Source of the DNA: Amphiscolops sp. MND2022
Lineage: Eukaryota
NCBI GenBank assembly: GCA_964187785.1
Contig: OZ076413.1
Location: 48,548,001-48,612,000, forward strand
Direction of reading: 5' to 3'
Length of the DNA: 64,000 bases
Shown here: in pieces, positions 34,701 through 49,700 of the stretch
Position numbering within the stretch: the first letter of the stretch is position 1
Layout of the letters: each line of letters begins with the position of its first letter
Program-made: the position numbers and the translations under genes
Notes under the pieces: model-generated
Databases searched by the model: none
Told to the model about the DNA's origin: nothing
Seen by the model: the letters and a program-made list of their open reading frames with translations, nothing else

Positions 34701-37700
34701 GATGTTTTTGCTTTTCATCAATTGAAAGTATAAACGTCCATGGCGCACAGAACTTACGAAAATTTTTAACACAGAGAAGTTTCACAAACTGATCGCGGAT
34801 ATCAGAATTACAGAGAGCTTTTGCGAGATTTTCGCAGCCAAAAAGTACACGTTGGAAGATATTCAGGGACATTTCTTTGCGCACCTTCTTATCCCCATCC
34901 CCATCCAGAATGATAAATTTGAAAAAAAAATTCTAAGGATGACAGTGTCTGTGGCGAAAGAACGGACTAGGATATTACTAGTAGTTTTCTGAAATACTTC
35001 AAAATTCCATAATTTCATCACAAGCAATATCAATACTTTGTCTTTCAATTATTGGAATTATCTTTTTGTGTGTGGACGGACTATCATAACCAAACTGTAA
35101 ACAAGCATTGACCAATCAAATGCAACAAATGACTACCGTGTTCTGCTATTATAAGACATGTCGTATATTTTAAGTAAACCTGTTTGGTGGCTACATGACT
35201 AATTTCCGGGACATGTCTTACCTTGACAAAAAATAGTGACAAACTTTAAATTGAATTCAACAAAATTAGATTGTTCACTCAATATGCGAAGTTCGTCACT
35301 CTCGGGTACATCTGAGTTCCTTTTGAAAAAACTTCAATTTGGATAGTGTCTTATACTTTCACAATGCAGTCAAAATTAACAACTGTCTTATTTTTGGAAA
35401 AGTCTTATAATAAGCAGAACACGGTAATGTCAACTTGGTAACCTATAATCGAACGTCTCTAACCAAAAACTCATCAAAACTGCTAATGCAGCCGTCTCTT
35501 CCTCACAACAATAATTTCCACAAATGACTTTCAATATTTCCTTCATTTTTCAAAACCTTTGTCTCTTTTTTGACTTGATGACATGCAGCGGAGAAGAATA
35601 AATGATTCTATAGGAAGAGTACTGTTACAAGGAAAGATACAAGTATGAAAATATTTGGATGCTCCAAGTACTCAGTTCACCTGCGGCGGTGGCAATGATG
35701 GCTGTGGAATTTGGAATCCAGGCAGCCTCTATAACTTCAAGTAGACAGGAGAAAAATAGAATAGACAAAACAGTACACAGGTAGAGAGCGAGAGGCAATT
35801 AACTGCTGCTTTTGTGCTGCTATTTCCCTCTTGCACTGATACAAAACACATCACGTGATGTGATTGCTAATAGGAGGAGAGCTTCCCTCATAATTATCTT
35901 TATCCTGCTGCTGCTGCTGCTGCTGCTGCTGTCCATACATTGCGACGGGGTATTATTTATGAGGAGTAAAGCAGCACGCAACCTCAGACCACAGGCAACT
36001 TACTTCGCACTTGAATCAAGATAAATTTACACTTTAATTTCAAAAATAACGAGCTTTCCCCCATTTCACCTTTAGCAGTCTCTGATCCCAGTTGCATATG
36101 TAAATTTATGCAGCAAAATTTATACATTGTAGCCTGGAAGTAAAATGGGTGAAATTCAGCCGCAAATAAAGTTGGAAAACTTTGACTCCTACTTGCTGAA
36201 TTTAGATGAAAAATCCTTGTTTCTAATAATCTATACTTTCTTTTTGGCTATTTCCGAACTATTTTCTGGTTTTACTTTACAAACGTATTTGGACCCCGAG
36301 TACCAAGAGGAATCTTCATGCAGTTACAGAAGGAAGAAAACCCACACTTTGAAAGTTTATATCTTTTATTGCATTCTTTTAGTTGTAAGAGCAGTGGCGG
36401 TTCTTTACATTATACCTGACAATTATATTGTAAACCTGGCGGCATTGGTGCCCCCAGCAACGTTACAAAAGTTCACATCAGCCAATTCCAAAATAGTTTC
36501 TCAACACTCGCGAGAACTGTTTCATCTACTAGTTAACATAGGAACTTCTATCTTGGCTATTGGTTTGATTAATCTAGTTATGATTTACTTCCACCTGCAA
36601 ACAGATGGCTACCCCTTGGAAATAGACCGTCTTTACGTCAACTCTTTTCTCATTTCACTTTTTCTGCTGAAACTAATCGGATTTCTCTTCAACAAAATCA
36701 TTTTCTGGATATCTGATGACGTCATGAGCCATCAAAGAAAAATCAACTTTATGCTTTGGGCAATTCTCACAGGCGCCCAAATTTTCTACTTAATTCGGGA
36801 CCACCAGAAACTACCACTTCAAAACTTCGTTCGCGACTCGGGGGCATTCCGCAATCACTTAATGGATCTCAGCAAGTATGTTACAATTACAGTTATATTG
36901 ATATCCGTGGCTTTCATAATTTTGTGTGCAATGTCTTCCAAGCTGGCCCAACCAATCACAGTGCAGCTACTGTGCCCAGAAATGTCGATTCTGTTCGGAT
37001 TGCTTTCCTGGTCTTCTGAGAGCGAGATGATAAAGCTATCCACTATCACGTGCTTGTCTTTGACAGTTTTTCAGTTGGTCATGGTGGCACTCATCAAATG
37101 CGTGACCAAACTCTGTGAAACGTACGAAGTGAAATTCACCAGATTGCCCACAAGAGGCAAAACATATGACGTCAGAGCCAACACGGAAAAATTCATGGCG
37201 ACAAGAAACCAGACAAGCAAAAATTCAGGTGTAGTCACATTGCAGATCACTCCACTCTCCGACGTGCATTAGAATAGGAGCGCTAACACTACATTTGCCC
37301 GAGGACGCCCCGAAGACCCTTCAAAGAGTAAAAACCCCATAGAAAAGAAGGATATCGGTATTCCACAAACCGATAGAACTTTGATATTTTGTATAGAAGT
37401 ATTCATATGAAAACTCAAGTTCCTTTATTAAACTTACTGAAATAGTTTTATAACGCATAGTACTTTGCTAATATGTTCAAAAATATTTTTCATATTACCT
37501 TACAATAACCAATGCAAAAACATGTAGGTAGCCAGATTGGAGCAAGCAACAGAACGTCTTTCCCAATCATTGTGTTTTCAATAACGTTTCAGCAAATAAC
37601 TGCGGCGTTTAAAAGATTCGATTGGCGACACAGACCTACTAGGCATCTTGTCAATGTTCCAACTCATTTCAAGACCTATTTTCGCAAAAACATTTACAAC

Positions 37701-40700
37701 TTTTCATCCTATAATAATGTGTCGACTCGTAGGTTCGAAATCGACAGCGGGTAAATATTTGCGTATAATTAGGGATTACTGAAAATCAATAGCAGAAATT
37801 ACTCAGATGATTACGAGACCTTGCACTCAAATTTGTTCTCAAGTATCAAACAAGACAAGAACGTCTCAAATCGGCGCCCCGCTCAAGACACAAAAAGCGC
37901 AGTCTCAAATACGCTCGGCTACTGACATCATCTAAAAATACCTATTTGGATGCTCGGAAAAACGAAAGCGCTTTTTTCGAACCTACGTCTCCTCTTTGGT
38001 AAAACACAAAGAACTTCGGATAAAACGTCAAAATTTCGAATAGCGTGCTGCGGGAATAGGGACCTCTGCATCATCCTTATCAAAACGTAATATAGTTCGG
38101 ATATAACGTCAAACATTGATAGAGCCCTTTACCAAAAATTCGGATAATATTGAAAAAAGTATATATAGGTGGATATGTATTGAGAAAACCTAATATCGGA
38201 CAAAAAATGAGAATTTTGAACAATCTCATAGTGCCGAAAAATCTTAACGGGATTTTCTAACATCCATTCTGTTACAAAATATCAAAAAAAATGAAGGGGA
38301 ACCTTTGGAGACATAAATATTTTTCGAAAAAAGTGGCAAGGGGGACCCTTCTGCTCTGGAATGGTTTTGTATTCCATGTTAAAGGCTTTGGATGCGTTCA
38401 AAATAGAGTACTAAGCACTTATGGTAAAATTTCGCGTTGAACTGACGAAAAAAAACTAGCCACTGGAAAAGTCGTGCTTTTTCTTCGCAAACGCCGATTA
38501 AAAATATTAAAGCAAAAGCCGGGAACAGCCCAAGTCAATTTCGTTTCTCAGATCCATTGTTTTCGGATATAATGTAGGTTAAAATTTCAGAATGCAAACA
38601 AACAGCTATTTTGAAGAATTTTATCGATCTCAGTGCCAAAAAATATCTGAAGGAAAAAAACTATATTTAGTGGTAAACAAGCCTTGGGAACGGCCTAAGT
38701 CGGCGTCCCGCTCAAGGTTCAAAAGAGCAAGTGTTTTAAATATGCAAAGCACACTATTGTTAAAATTTTATCAATTTTACAGAGCCCAAAACACGAACGG
38801 ATACGAAGACTCGAAAACCGCTTTTTTCCTAATTGGAAACACCAAAAAAACCTAAATTTTCAAGAATGAAAAAATCTCGGGGAAATTGGGAAAAGTGCCA
38901 CCGTAACGAAAAAGCCAAACATAGACTCTTTGAGGCGTGCAAAACGCTTTTTCCGAATCGAAAACATTTTTAAAAGTGAATTTGTTACCCTAATGAAAAA
39001 GTATTCGAAAAAAGTCGCCCAGTTCCAAAACATCCAGAGGGGGAGGGACCCTTCAGTGTCGTCCACTTTTGCGAACCAAAAAATGTCCTCGCTGGATTCA
39101 AACTCACCCGTGACTTCACATCCACTCACTCATCCTCTAAGCCAAGTGGTACGAAACGACCACAGTGAAGTTGTAAAAAAATTCATAGGAATCTGTCAGT
39201 TCGTTTGCCTTCAAAAAAAGCCACCACTAAGTCCGTGTTTTCTATAAAAAGCACCGACTAAAAACTTGGACATGTAGTGCCAAATTGTGCATTCACCATG
39301 TGGCATGTGTTTATGGTCAAAAATTCGAATGTAAGAAGTTTGACTATCATCAGCTGCAGAACGTATTTGGCACTAACCAAGTCCACACCTCTCCTTTGTC
39401 ATTGAGTGCCATGGAGAACTGGGCTCCACACCCTATCTGCACGACCCCAGTGTTAGTCAGAGACACCAGCAAGTGGGGGGTCAGATAAGCAGCCGAGTCT
39501 CCGTGACCCAACTTCCCGAAGTCGCCATCGCCCCACGTGAACACTCTTCCGTCTTCAGTCAGTGCCATCATTTGGGCATCTCTGCTTCCACATGCAATTT
39601 GAGACACTCGACAGAACTCCAATGTTTTCACCTTTTTGGGTTTCAGTTGAGCCTGTAGTACACAAAGATTATTAACATCATCTTGCACCCACACCCACAT
39701 CATGACATTTATATATACGAACAAAAACAACTATTTGGACAACTGAGCCAGTGTTTATTTCAGTTTTGCTGCAGTCGTTTCTTCATTTAAAGATACACCA
39801 CACTCTGTGCAATTTAACCATTAAGATTAATTTCGCGACATGGAAGTTCATTTTCCCCAAACAAGGTCATTTATTCTTCAGGTTAAATGCTTGAATAACC
39901 TGAAAATAATTAGAAAACGTTCTAGTTCAAACATAAAACAATAATTTGATCTCCGATGGTATTTATAAATATGCAAATATAATATAGAAGCAAAAGCTAA
40001 ATGTAAAACAGTTGAGGCTTGAAAGTCATGAATAATAGAAAACACTGAGTAGACTGGATACCGATGGAAGACAAGTTACCTGTGTGTCACCATGTCCGAG
40101 TCTTCCGTAGTCACCCAGTCCCCAGGTGTAGAGAGCCCCGTGACTGTTGATTGCAGCACTGTGTCCCGTCCCACAGCAAATGTCCTTGATACGCTCTCCC
40201 CAAAAGGCTTCTATGATTTTGGGGGTGTCACAGGAGACTCGGTTGTTCTGACCCAATTTTCCATCAGCGTTGTCTCCCCAGGAGAACACTTTGCCGTCAC
40301 TTGTCAACGCCAGGCAGTGCTTACCACCGGAGCACACTGCCACTTTTTTGATGACATGGTTTGTGAGAGATGTAATTAATCGCGGTGAGGTCACCATTTG
40401 AGGTAGATCCACGTCTCCAATTCCAAGACGTCCGTTTGAGGAATCGCCACAAGCGTAAACTTTACCGTCCCTGGTTACAACGAACAAACTTTTCGAACCT
40501 CCGGAGATACTTGCAACATCCAGTTTGCTGATGGCTGCGTTGAATGACGGGTGTTTAACCTTCAACTCTCCTTTGACCCCAAGTTGCCCCTTGTCATTCA
40601 GGCCCCAGGTATAGACAGTGCACTTGAATTCTTCTCCCGTGTCAACTCTGGAATCAGAAGTGAAAACATCTTCAGAATGGAAGGTATCTGGTGCCAAGTA

Positions 40701-43700
40701 CGGGTACGATGAAATCTGTAGTAGCGTTTGCACACGACCGATGAGGTTGACTCGGTTGATGCGACAGTCCATACCGTTGTTGGAGCATTCGGTGATGGAT
40801 ATGCGAATGAACCTGTAATATTGAGACAAATCGCCAAGTAAAGGAATTTCGTTGCCATCAGCAGGACCCACGTGCACAGATCTAGCTTTTTGTAATTGAG
40901 CAACATGCGACGACTCATTGCCGACACTGACAATGATGGTCTGAGGCCGGTAGCTGGAGCCAGCATCACTATCACATTCAATTGACAACCGATGCAACAA
41001 GATATTTGGCTTTATTTCTATCAAAATCCAGTGATCGCCTTGCTTCCCGGAACTCTGCCAACATGATTTGCTGTTTGATGAGAACATGTTCATGGCACTT
41101 TCTGGTCTGCTACTAACTTTGAGACATCGGATAATTTGCTTCCACTCTGTTATCAAACCAGAATGATTTTTTTGCTGAGACGAGGTATTTGAAGGGCCCA
41201 CCAATTTTGGTTGTTTCAAAGTAGAAACAGCTCTTGAAAACTCGGGAACAGCAGCTTCTTGGTTCAAAACTTCGGGTTTTGGCTGTCTTTCAGTTGACTG
41301 GAAAGCAGGCAAGTTCGAGCTACCAGGTGATTCAGAAGTGGCTTGGGTTTGATGAACAGCCTGTGGGTCTGCTACAATATCAAGTTCCGATAGCAGTGCA
41401 TTCCAACCACTTTGTTCAGGGAAGTCAATGATGGCGTTTCCTCGCTTGTTGAAACCAACAACAGTGCCCACAGACTGATGCGTGACTGATCCCCATTTGT
41501 ACCTGGGCTGTAAAACCGTGGATTTGACCCTTACACGGTCGCCTCGGTTTATTTCCCTCTGAACCAACTCAACCATAGCTTCATCTGCCATATCTCCTGG
41601 CAAATTCAACTCTTCGTTTTCTGACGTTTCTTGAATACTAATTCCACTCTCAGAGCACTCATTGTAGCCAGAAGCAGTCTCGTAGCCAAGGAGTTCAACG
41701 TGAATATATCGCACCCAATAAGTTCCATTTTTTTCTTTCCAGTCAACTTGGACATTTAACTCATGCAAACCATCACGGTCCAGTTTAACAGCCGTGCCAG
41801 TGTCGCCTTCATGAACTTCTTCAAATGATTTACAGCATTTCACTTTCATGCCTACTCGAATGTTATCACGCACATACATGGCGTAGTCGCCATTGGTGAC
41901 GAAGTCTTGTCTGGTTTTGAACATTGATTCCTCACCATGCGCTTGAGATTGGCTAAGTTGTTCAGCCGTTGCGTTTCTGTGGGAGGCTTCTTCAGTAGTT
42001 AAAGTAGATGAGTCTTCACTATCCACACTAGCAGCAGTGGCTTCACTGTGCTCGCCTCTCGCGTTGTTTGGAGATGCATCTCTTGCAGTTTCAACAGCCA
42101 AAGTTTCGTCCGCACTTGCTTCGTTGTATCCACTACTGACGTCGCCGACTTCTCCGGTTCCATCCATCGTGGCGTCGGTAGATGCATTCAGAGACCGTAT
42201 TCTTAAGGATTCTCTCAGCTCTTCGAATATTTCGGTGAGGTTTGAAGTTTGTTGAATGGTCACACTTAATCGCTCCATCAAACTGTCGACTTCGTCTTCT
42301 GTACCACTGAAACTATTTTCATTTTCATCTGGCAGAGAATCGAAATCGGCACCAGAAGCATCAGCAGGGTCTGGCACGTGATCTACTAACCAGGAAACAA
42401 CTGCCTCTATTTGCGGCCTGTAACCTTCAACGCTGCTGGCCAAAGTCAATTTCTGAATTGCATGTTCAATGTGTTTACGCTGGAATCCCATTTCCATGAT
42501 TTGGGAGACAAGAGGGTTTGGAGCAGATTGCGCGTCAGATGTGTGCGCTAGAGTTGTTGATCGGTGAGTTGAACGAGGGGTCTTTTTATTGGATGATCTT
42601 GCACTTACTGGTGGTTGCAAGTCATTCGAATAATAAAAAGATGATAACCAAACACCAGATGAACTTTCTTCACCTCCGCTACTGTCAACAGAACGCTCGA
42701 CGCCGTTGGCATTAGAATCTAGGACATTGAGATAATTTTCCATACTGTCAATTTCAGTGCTTACCCAACTTGGAAAAGGAACTTCTTGGCCTTCGGCCGG
42801 CTTTGGGGACGTTTTGGCGCTGCTTGTACTGGACAGATATCCCACATCCAAGGGAGATATTAAAGTAAGGTTAGTCAACGCTATTGCGTTGTGGACTTCA
42901 TTGATGTGATATATTTGCTTCAAGGGAGATGCATTCGTTGCAACTTGCAGTACAGTTTTGAAATCAACACAAGTCTGATCCAAACGAGACTTCGCTGCAT
43001 CGGAAGCAGAGAAACATGAGATTTTCAGTTCATCGATTGTTTCAGGTTTCATGTCAACACATATCACTTTTCGGAACAAGTTTTGGTCTTTGGACACTAA
43101 TCTGATGATCTGTAAAATGGCGGCTTGGATTTGAGTGAAGTAAACCTCACAGCGACTAACAAAGCCGTCATTATTGAATACTTCAGCAAAAGCACAGATT
43201 CTAGCCGAAACGCTAAACATCAGCAATTTGTTCAAAAGAATTAAGGAAACTTCATCATTGAAGAGTTTTGACATATCAATGGGTTTGGACACTTTTGCGA
43301 TGTCTTCAGTCTGGCATTTGGCAACTTTACCATCAGCGACACATCTGACTTGATAACAGTCGCACTCTACTGCGACAACTACACATTCGTTCATTTGGCA
43401 GTGTGAGACCACTGATCCCACTTGGGGGCGGAAGTCAACTTCTCCAATCATTGTATAGAGACAGGCCAGAACTTCCAACATCTCTGACTCATCAATGTCT
43501 TCTAGACCAGATCTCAAACTCACTGAAGACTCTCTCCGTAACAGATCATGCTGGCTTTCATCTGTAGAGCACGTGGGTGATTCTGCAATACTAATAGCGG
43601 CTTTCGCAAAATAGGTCAACACCTTTCTTAAAGCTTCTTGAAGTTTACTGGCTACGACATGGTTCATTTGAGGGCATTCGTTGTGAGTTTCCACAAGAAG

Positions 43701-46700
43701 TTTGATGATTTGATCGGAAACCGAAACTTTGGAAATGGCTGAGTCACTCGGTCTGATACTAGACGACGAGGAACTAGTTCTGAACCCTTGGCTTGAGTTT
43801 TCTTCAGGAATCTCTCCGATGTTTTGTGACAACACGGACAAAAGTTGACGTATGATATCATGGGATTGAATTGCACAGTAAGGGCTGTTTCCTTCCGTAC
43901 TCACTAATCCATTCTCGACGGAGTTAGCACCTGGTTGATCCAATAGGCCATGTATTATTTTCAAGACAACTATCTTGCTACGAACACCACCAATTTCTTC
44001 TTTCAACAACCGCAGCAAAATTGGCACAGCCCTTGAGCCAAAAGTTTTCTGAGCATCGAGTTCAAATTTGAATAAGACGAGTAGCAAAATCAGAGAATGG
44101 AGGGCATTAGTTGGAGTGGATCCAGTTTTTTGGGGAAGTTGAACACCATCCACTGTTTTCAAGAGCAAATTCACAACGTTACGTATGTTCGACTCGCATT
44201 GATTATCAATAGAGCCAATAAGTTTTAAACACAGAGACAATTCCATCTGTTCCAAGCAGTTCAGAAACTTCTCTACCAAATTGTTGGATACTTTTTCACT
44301 TGAGCTATCTGTGGCATTGCTTGGATTCTCTACATCGTCAGCAACACTATTCGTTTCTTTCTTGCGTTCGCAAATCTTGGCCCAGTATTCGTTAGTGAGT
44401 GTCAAGTCAAACAAGCCTTCTTTTCCCATTCTGTAAGAATTAGACTCCATGTGACTACTGGTAGCTGCTTCAGGGGGTCCCCAGCACACTTTAGCCCAGC
44501 CAGTACTGCTCACCTTCTCAACTACTGTACCCTCGCCGAACGGCTGGTCCTGCTCTTCCCACTTCCAATCTTTTCCGCGTTTGACTCTAGCACCAGGCAC
44601 TATGTACTTCAGCAACTCCTGTCCTTGTGGAACTTCTTTTGGATTGGCTATATAGTTTTCGTCACTATTTCCGTCTTTAGACTTACGATCGCCTTGGCTG
44701 TGGCTCCGAGAAAAGTAAATTTCGTCTTTTTCAGTCAGTAAAGATTTCCTTTCAATAGACGCCAGTTGAGACGATGAAAGAGCGTTTCTGAAGATTGGTG
44801 TTAGCGAACGGAGCACACTGATCAGTCCAAGGTCAACTAGATTCGCCGATGAATCGTTTCTATCAAGGTCACATAGAATGTCCAAGAGTTGAAAAATAGA
44901 CCTGAAATGCAAAAAAAAAACAGTTGAATCGCCAATGGTGAACATAAAGTCAAAACTGGTTGCTTCATTCATTCAAAAAAATCATACATTGCCCCACGTA
45001 AAGCTTGATCCCCGTTCTAAAGGCGCTTTCAAAGACAAAATACAGTCAAACTCGGATAAAAGAAACTCATGGGGCGGTAAGAAAATAGTTTCTTTTATCC
45101 ATAGTTTCTTTTATCAGTTGTCCTATTAAGGTAGAAAGCTTGTCTTGCATAAAAGCGGAGGTGTGAAAACGTTTCTTATATCCGAATGTTCCTTTTATCC
45201 GTGTTTCTTTTATCCGAGTTCGACTGTACTCAAATATTACTCAGAATATTAAACACGGAACGGTCCCTGTCGGCGCCCCGCTGCTGACTCAAATATTAAA
45301 GTTATTCAAACTAACTTGAGAGATGTTTATTGCAATATTTAAAATTATCAGTGACTAAAAGTTCAGAAGTCACAAAAGTTTCATCACAAAAAAGCAGTCA
45401 CAAAAAGTTCATCAAGAAAACTTTGAAAGAACCAAATTAGCTCTCCTGTTGTCGTTACTGACTCGTGAACAAAAGAAGCCGCCGGTACAGGGATTCCATA
45501 CTGGCTTTGAACCGAGTGGTTTCAATTCTACCATCTTTCGAGCAAAATAAACTATTTTCGTAAAGTCTCGATTAAATCGATCAGTGTCTTAATATTGTAG
45601 TCGATCTTCACGGAGCGCCGACTGAAAATAGGACTACGTTGAAAATCGATGTCGGGGTCTCTTAGTGGGAACAGTAGATTACCTGGAATATTTGAGAGCG
45701 CAAAAATTTTGCACTTTTCTTTCGTCTTGCACACAGTCGTCTCCTCCGCCAAGTATCATTTGACGTCTCTTGTAGAACAGGACATCTTGATCGTAAGCTG
45801 AGATTGTATCTCTCAGTTGGTTGACCATGGCCTCCATAAATCTGCGAATGAGGAGTCCTTTTTGAAGGCTTTCGAACATCGGCTTTTTGTAATCGATGAT
45901 CACTAGTTCTCTCATTGAGCTGGCAGACAAGCCACTCATAAGACAAGTGAGCCACGTTAGTTTGCCGTGATCATTGTCTCTTTCTTTGCTGAGATAGGTT
46001 GCCAAGAAGTCTATCTTCTCTGCACTAAAAGATAACGTTTCAGTCAGAATAAAAGTCAGAATTAAGTTCAGATTAGTTAACATCTTATAAAGTGTGGGAA
46101 AAAAGAAGCAAGGGAAAATTTCAGGTCGCAACTTTCGACATAACTGGCCATAACAAAATCTCAAGCAATTCACAAAAATGACTTACATTTTGGTTTGACG
46201 CAACTTCTCAACTTGAAACTGAGCCATCAGCTCATTGCAGTCATCGGGCCCGAACAAGACGAAGTGGAGAATGTTGTCTCGGATTTCATCGTGATTCACT
46301 TTCGTGCTATTGAGCTTCGGAAAATTCAAATCCGATAGAAAACTCTTCTTGGACAACTCAACTTTCCTCAGTAGTTTTTCCCATTTCGAGCCAATTTTCT
46401 GATGAGAAAGACCATTCAGCAATTTTTGCAACTTTGTTTGCATGAACGCACACCTCAAATTATCAAGGAGGAACATTGATCTTTCGAAGTAGGGATTGCA
46501 TAGTTCCTTGTATGAAGCGTTCAATTCCTGGTGCTTCTTTATGACGTTTGTTCGAAACTTGACGAGACGACGGGCAGTGTCTAACAGTCTTGAGTTTTCA
46601 GCAGGGGACTCCACTTTGTTCACACATGAAAGTAAATTCTGATGTTTCATCAGCAAGATAAGAAGAACCAAAGATACTTCCTCGAGAGGATGAGATGCTT

Positions 46701-49700
46701 CGAAGACAGCACAGTGTAAAGTTTGAGAACAATACTTCCAAAACTTACTCAGAAATTGAGACACTTTGTTTCCATCATCTGAAACCTCCGATGTCCGTTT
46801 CGAAGACTCGCGGTATGCTAAAAACTCTTGGGAAATGCTTTGAGCGCGTTGTTCGTGTTCGGCGGATACTGCTTTAAGAAATTTCAGGGCTTCCACTTGC
46901 TCAGTAGTTAGACTAGATTGCTGCAGTTTGTCTAAAACAGCGTCATTTTTGAGGCCATATTCGAAAATGATGGATGAGATTGTTTCCTCCCATGTAGCAG
47001 ATCCGCTGACTGTTTGTTGCTCAGCTTCAAAAGAAAGACCACAGGAATAGCCAATCAAAAAAGTGGCCACTTGTTCCAACTGCAGAAAAGGTGACGTTGA
47101 TTTGATCGTGTCGGGAGAATAGCAATCAATCAAATCCTTCTCACACACTTGCTCGCCAATAAGGTAGTTATTGAGACACGCTAATAACTCTTCAGAAGCG
47201 GCAGCTTCTTTTCCATCCTGACAAGATTTCACGAAGTCCGCTATCTTTGAAGGCAAAGAAGAGTAATTGTCGAAGTTGTAAACGAGACCTTTCAGGTTCA
47301 ACCAATGACCTCCGCTGACGTTATGGTTGTGAACAACGTAATCTGGAATTTTGGGTAGCTCGCCTAAGGGTTCCAGAGAAACCTCAGACCCTTCAAAAAC
47401 ATTCAAACTGAATGACAACTCTTCACAATTCAGTCTTGGAGAATGTTTATTAAACTTGTTCAGGCAAGAAACCAAAGTAGCTAAACAGTCGGACAAATGT
47501 TTAGCTTCCAACTCTATCTCGCATGGTTTCAAAACACTCGTCAAAGTGTACAACAGTTCTTTGAGCAGAACTAGCACAGAATTAGATTTTAGCTTGTCAG
47601 CACATGCGAAAAAATCCTTCTGAGAACATTTAGCTTTTTCTTCGCCTTTGGTCAAAATACGAACAGCATTTGAAGTCAAGCAGGCGGCAAAGTTGATCAA
47701 GAGTTTGGTATACATTACGTGTTTGTTGAACTTTTTCCGGTAAACATTTTTGCCATCAAAGTTCGCTGTGGAAGCTTTTGAGGAAATGATCTTCACGAAC
47801 ACAAGCTGCATAAACTTAGTCAATAGTTTATGGCTTTTTGGCGGGTTCGAAATGTCGGTGATTTGAATATTTTGGCAATTTTCAAGAAGCTGTGAGACTA
47901 AACGCACAATCTGACTGTCGAGAAGTTTCTGCTCGACGACATTTTCGAAGTTGTACAAATTCACGTCCACGTGATGAGGTCCAGCGGTCACGGCCGTGAG
48001 ATCAACATCAAGCCCATCAGAATCTTTGAATTTGTTTTTCATGGTCGCAAACATCTCTGAATTTTCCATTGAACTCCACAAATTATTGATAGTGGACTCA
48101 AGTTCCAACTTCAGTTCATCGTTTGTTAGGAAACTCGATACCAGCAGTTCGATCAAAAATAGGAGGTTCTCATCTTTAGTTTGGGAGTTCAAAAACTGTA
48201 GTAATAGTACAGCTCTTTCCTTGGACGTCGGGAGCAAAACAGGCCAGCATACTTTTAGGCATCTCTGGGATGCCGACACCAAACTCTCTAAGGCTTCAGG
48301 TGACGAAGCAAAATGACAGACGATGTCTTTTAAACTTCTAACAACCGGTGCAAAGTTCGGGCAGCTCAAATCCATTCCATGTGCCATTGCGGCTCTAACT
48401 TGAAGCGTCAATAGATTGATCATAGATACAGATACGCATTCCTCGCTTTCATTGGGAACAGTATCTTCCATATTTCCACTGGTCACCGGGAAGTAACGGT
48501 TCAGGATATCTCTGATCATTTGGAACGTCTCCAACTTCAAATCAACCAAGAACGGAATTGAGTGCGCAATTTTCGGTGGGTTTTGTTCACGTTCTATTAC
48601 TATCTGATTCATGGTGAGGAATACACGTGAAATGTCGGTTATAGGTTGTGAAAGTAGCGTTGTAATATTAACAGGAGCTGATGAAGAACTGCTTTTGAGA
48701 CCCAGAAGTCGCCCCGTGTAGGATGAAGGGGAGCCCCAAATGAAACATTCACCGTTTTCTGTGAGACAGGCACAGCTATGAGATGTCATCTTCATGGACT
48801 TGACTGTTTCGTTTTTCAGGGGTTCCACTAGTGACGGGTGCGAGGAGGGTGAGCCTTGGAGACTGAGAACAGAGTTGGCGTCACTCCACGAGTAGAGAAG
48901 TCCACTCTTTGATTTGAAGAAGGACACTGCTGGTCCTGCATAAACTGCGAGAACATCTTCCGGGGTCTGGATGTAGGCTTTTTTGATACAATCGTTATCT
49001 GAACAGAAAACAATCCAACTTCAGCTGTGACTAACATTACCTTACACATTCATTTAGCTCTAAAGAGAATTTGAACAGAATAAGAACGCTATCTCTCCAG
49101 TATCAATCTGACAAGTTGTTTGCCAAATGAAGTGTGAACATGAAAAATCTCATGAACCAGAAAAGCAAATTGAAAAGTTAGGCAGAAAAAACGTTTAAAC
49201 GAAGTGAAACAATTGAAATGTTTTTACTATTGAAAGATTTTCGATAGCTCGAAAATACAGTGGATACCGGATATAAGAAACCCTCTTATAAGAATTACCT
49301 GCTTGCAGTCAATGCGTATTTTGACCCCGACTGTCAATTCAATCCTTTTTTAAACCCGCATGTAAGATATTTCAATTATAAGAAACACCCTAAGTCGTTC
49401 CGCTGACGTTGATTATATCCGGGATCCACTGTATATGAAAATATGACAAATAGAATGACAAGAATGCAGTAAACTTACATTCTGTTACATTGACGATGGA
49501 ATAGAAGGAGGATGCACGAGCTGCTTCATCATTGGATGAAACGAGGATGAGAGCGTGATCCCAAATCGAGATGTCACCGATGGTCTGACCGGGACTGAGT
49601 CCCAAATTGAGCACTTCTAGAGGCGGTTTTTCTGTCAGCAATGTCGAATTTGGGTCTGAGGGCAGTGTCCATTGAAGGACGTGGAACTCTGTTGTGTAGG

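Noticed and set aside
35812..36024. Poly-Leu ORF
   Set aside because: Produced by the CTG microsatellite, with a non-ATG start.
40092..48316. Many short + strand ORFs opposite HERC2 exons
   Set aside because: Antisense shadows of long coding exons with no independent motifs.
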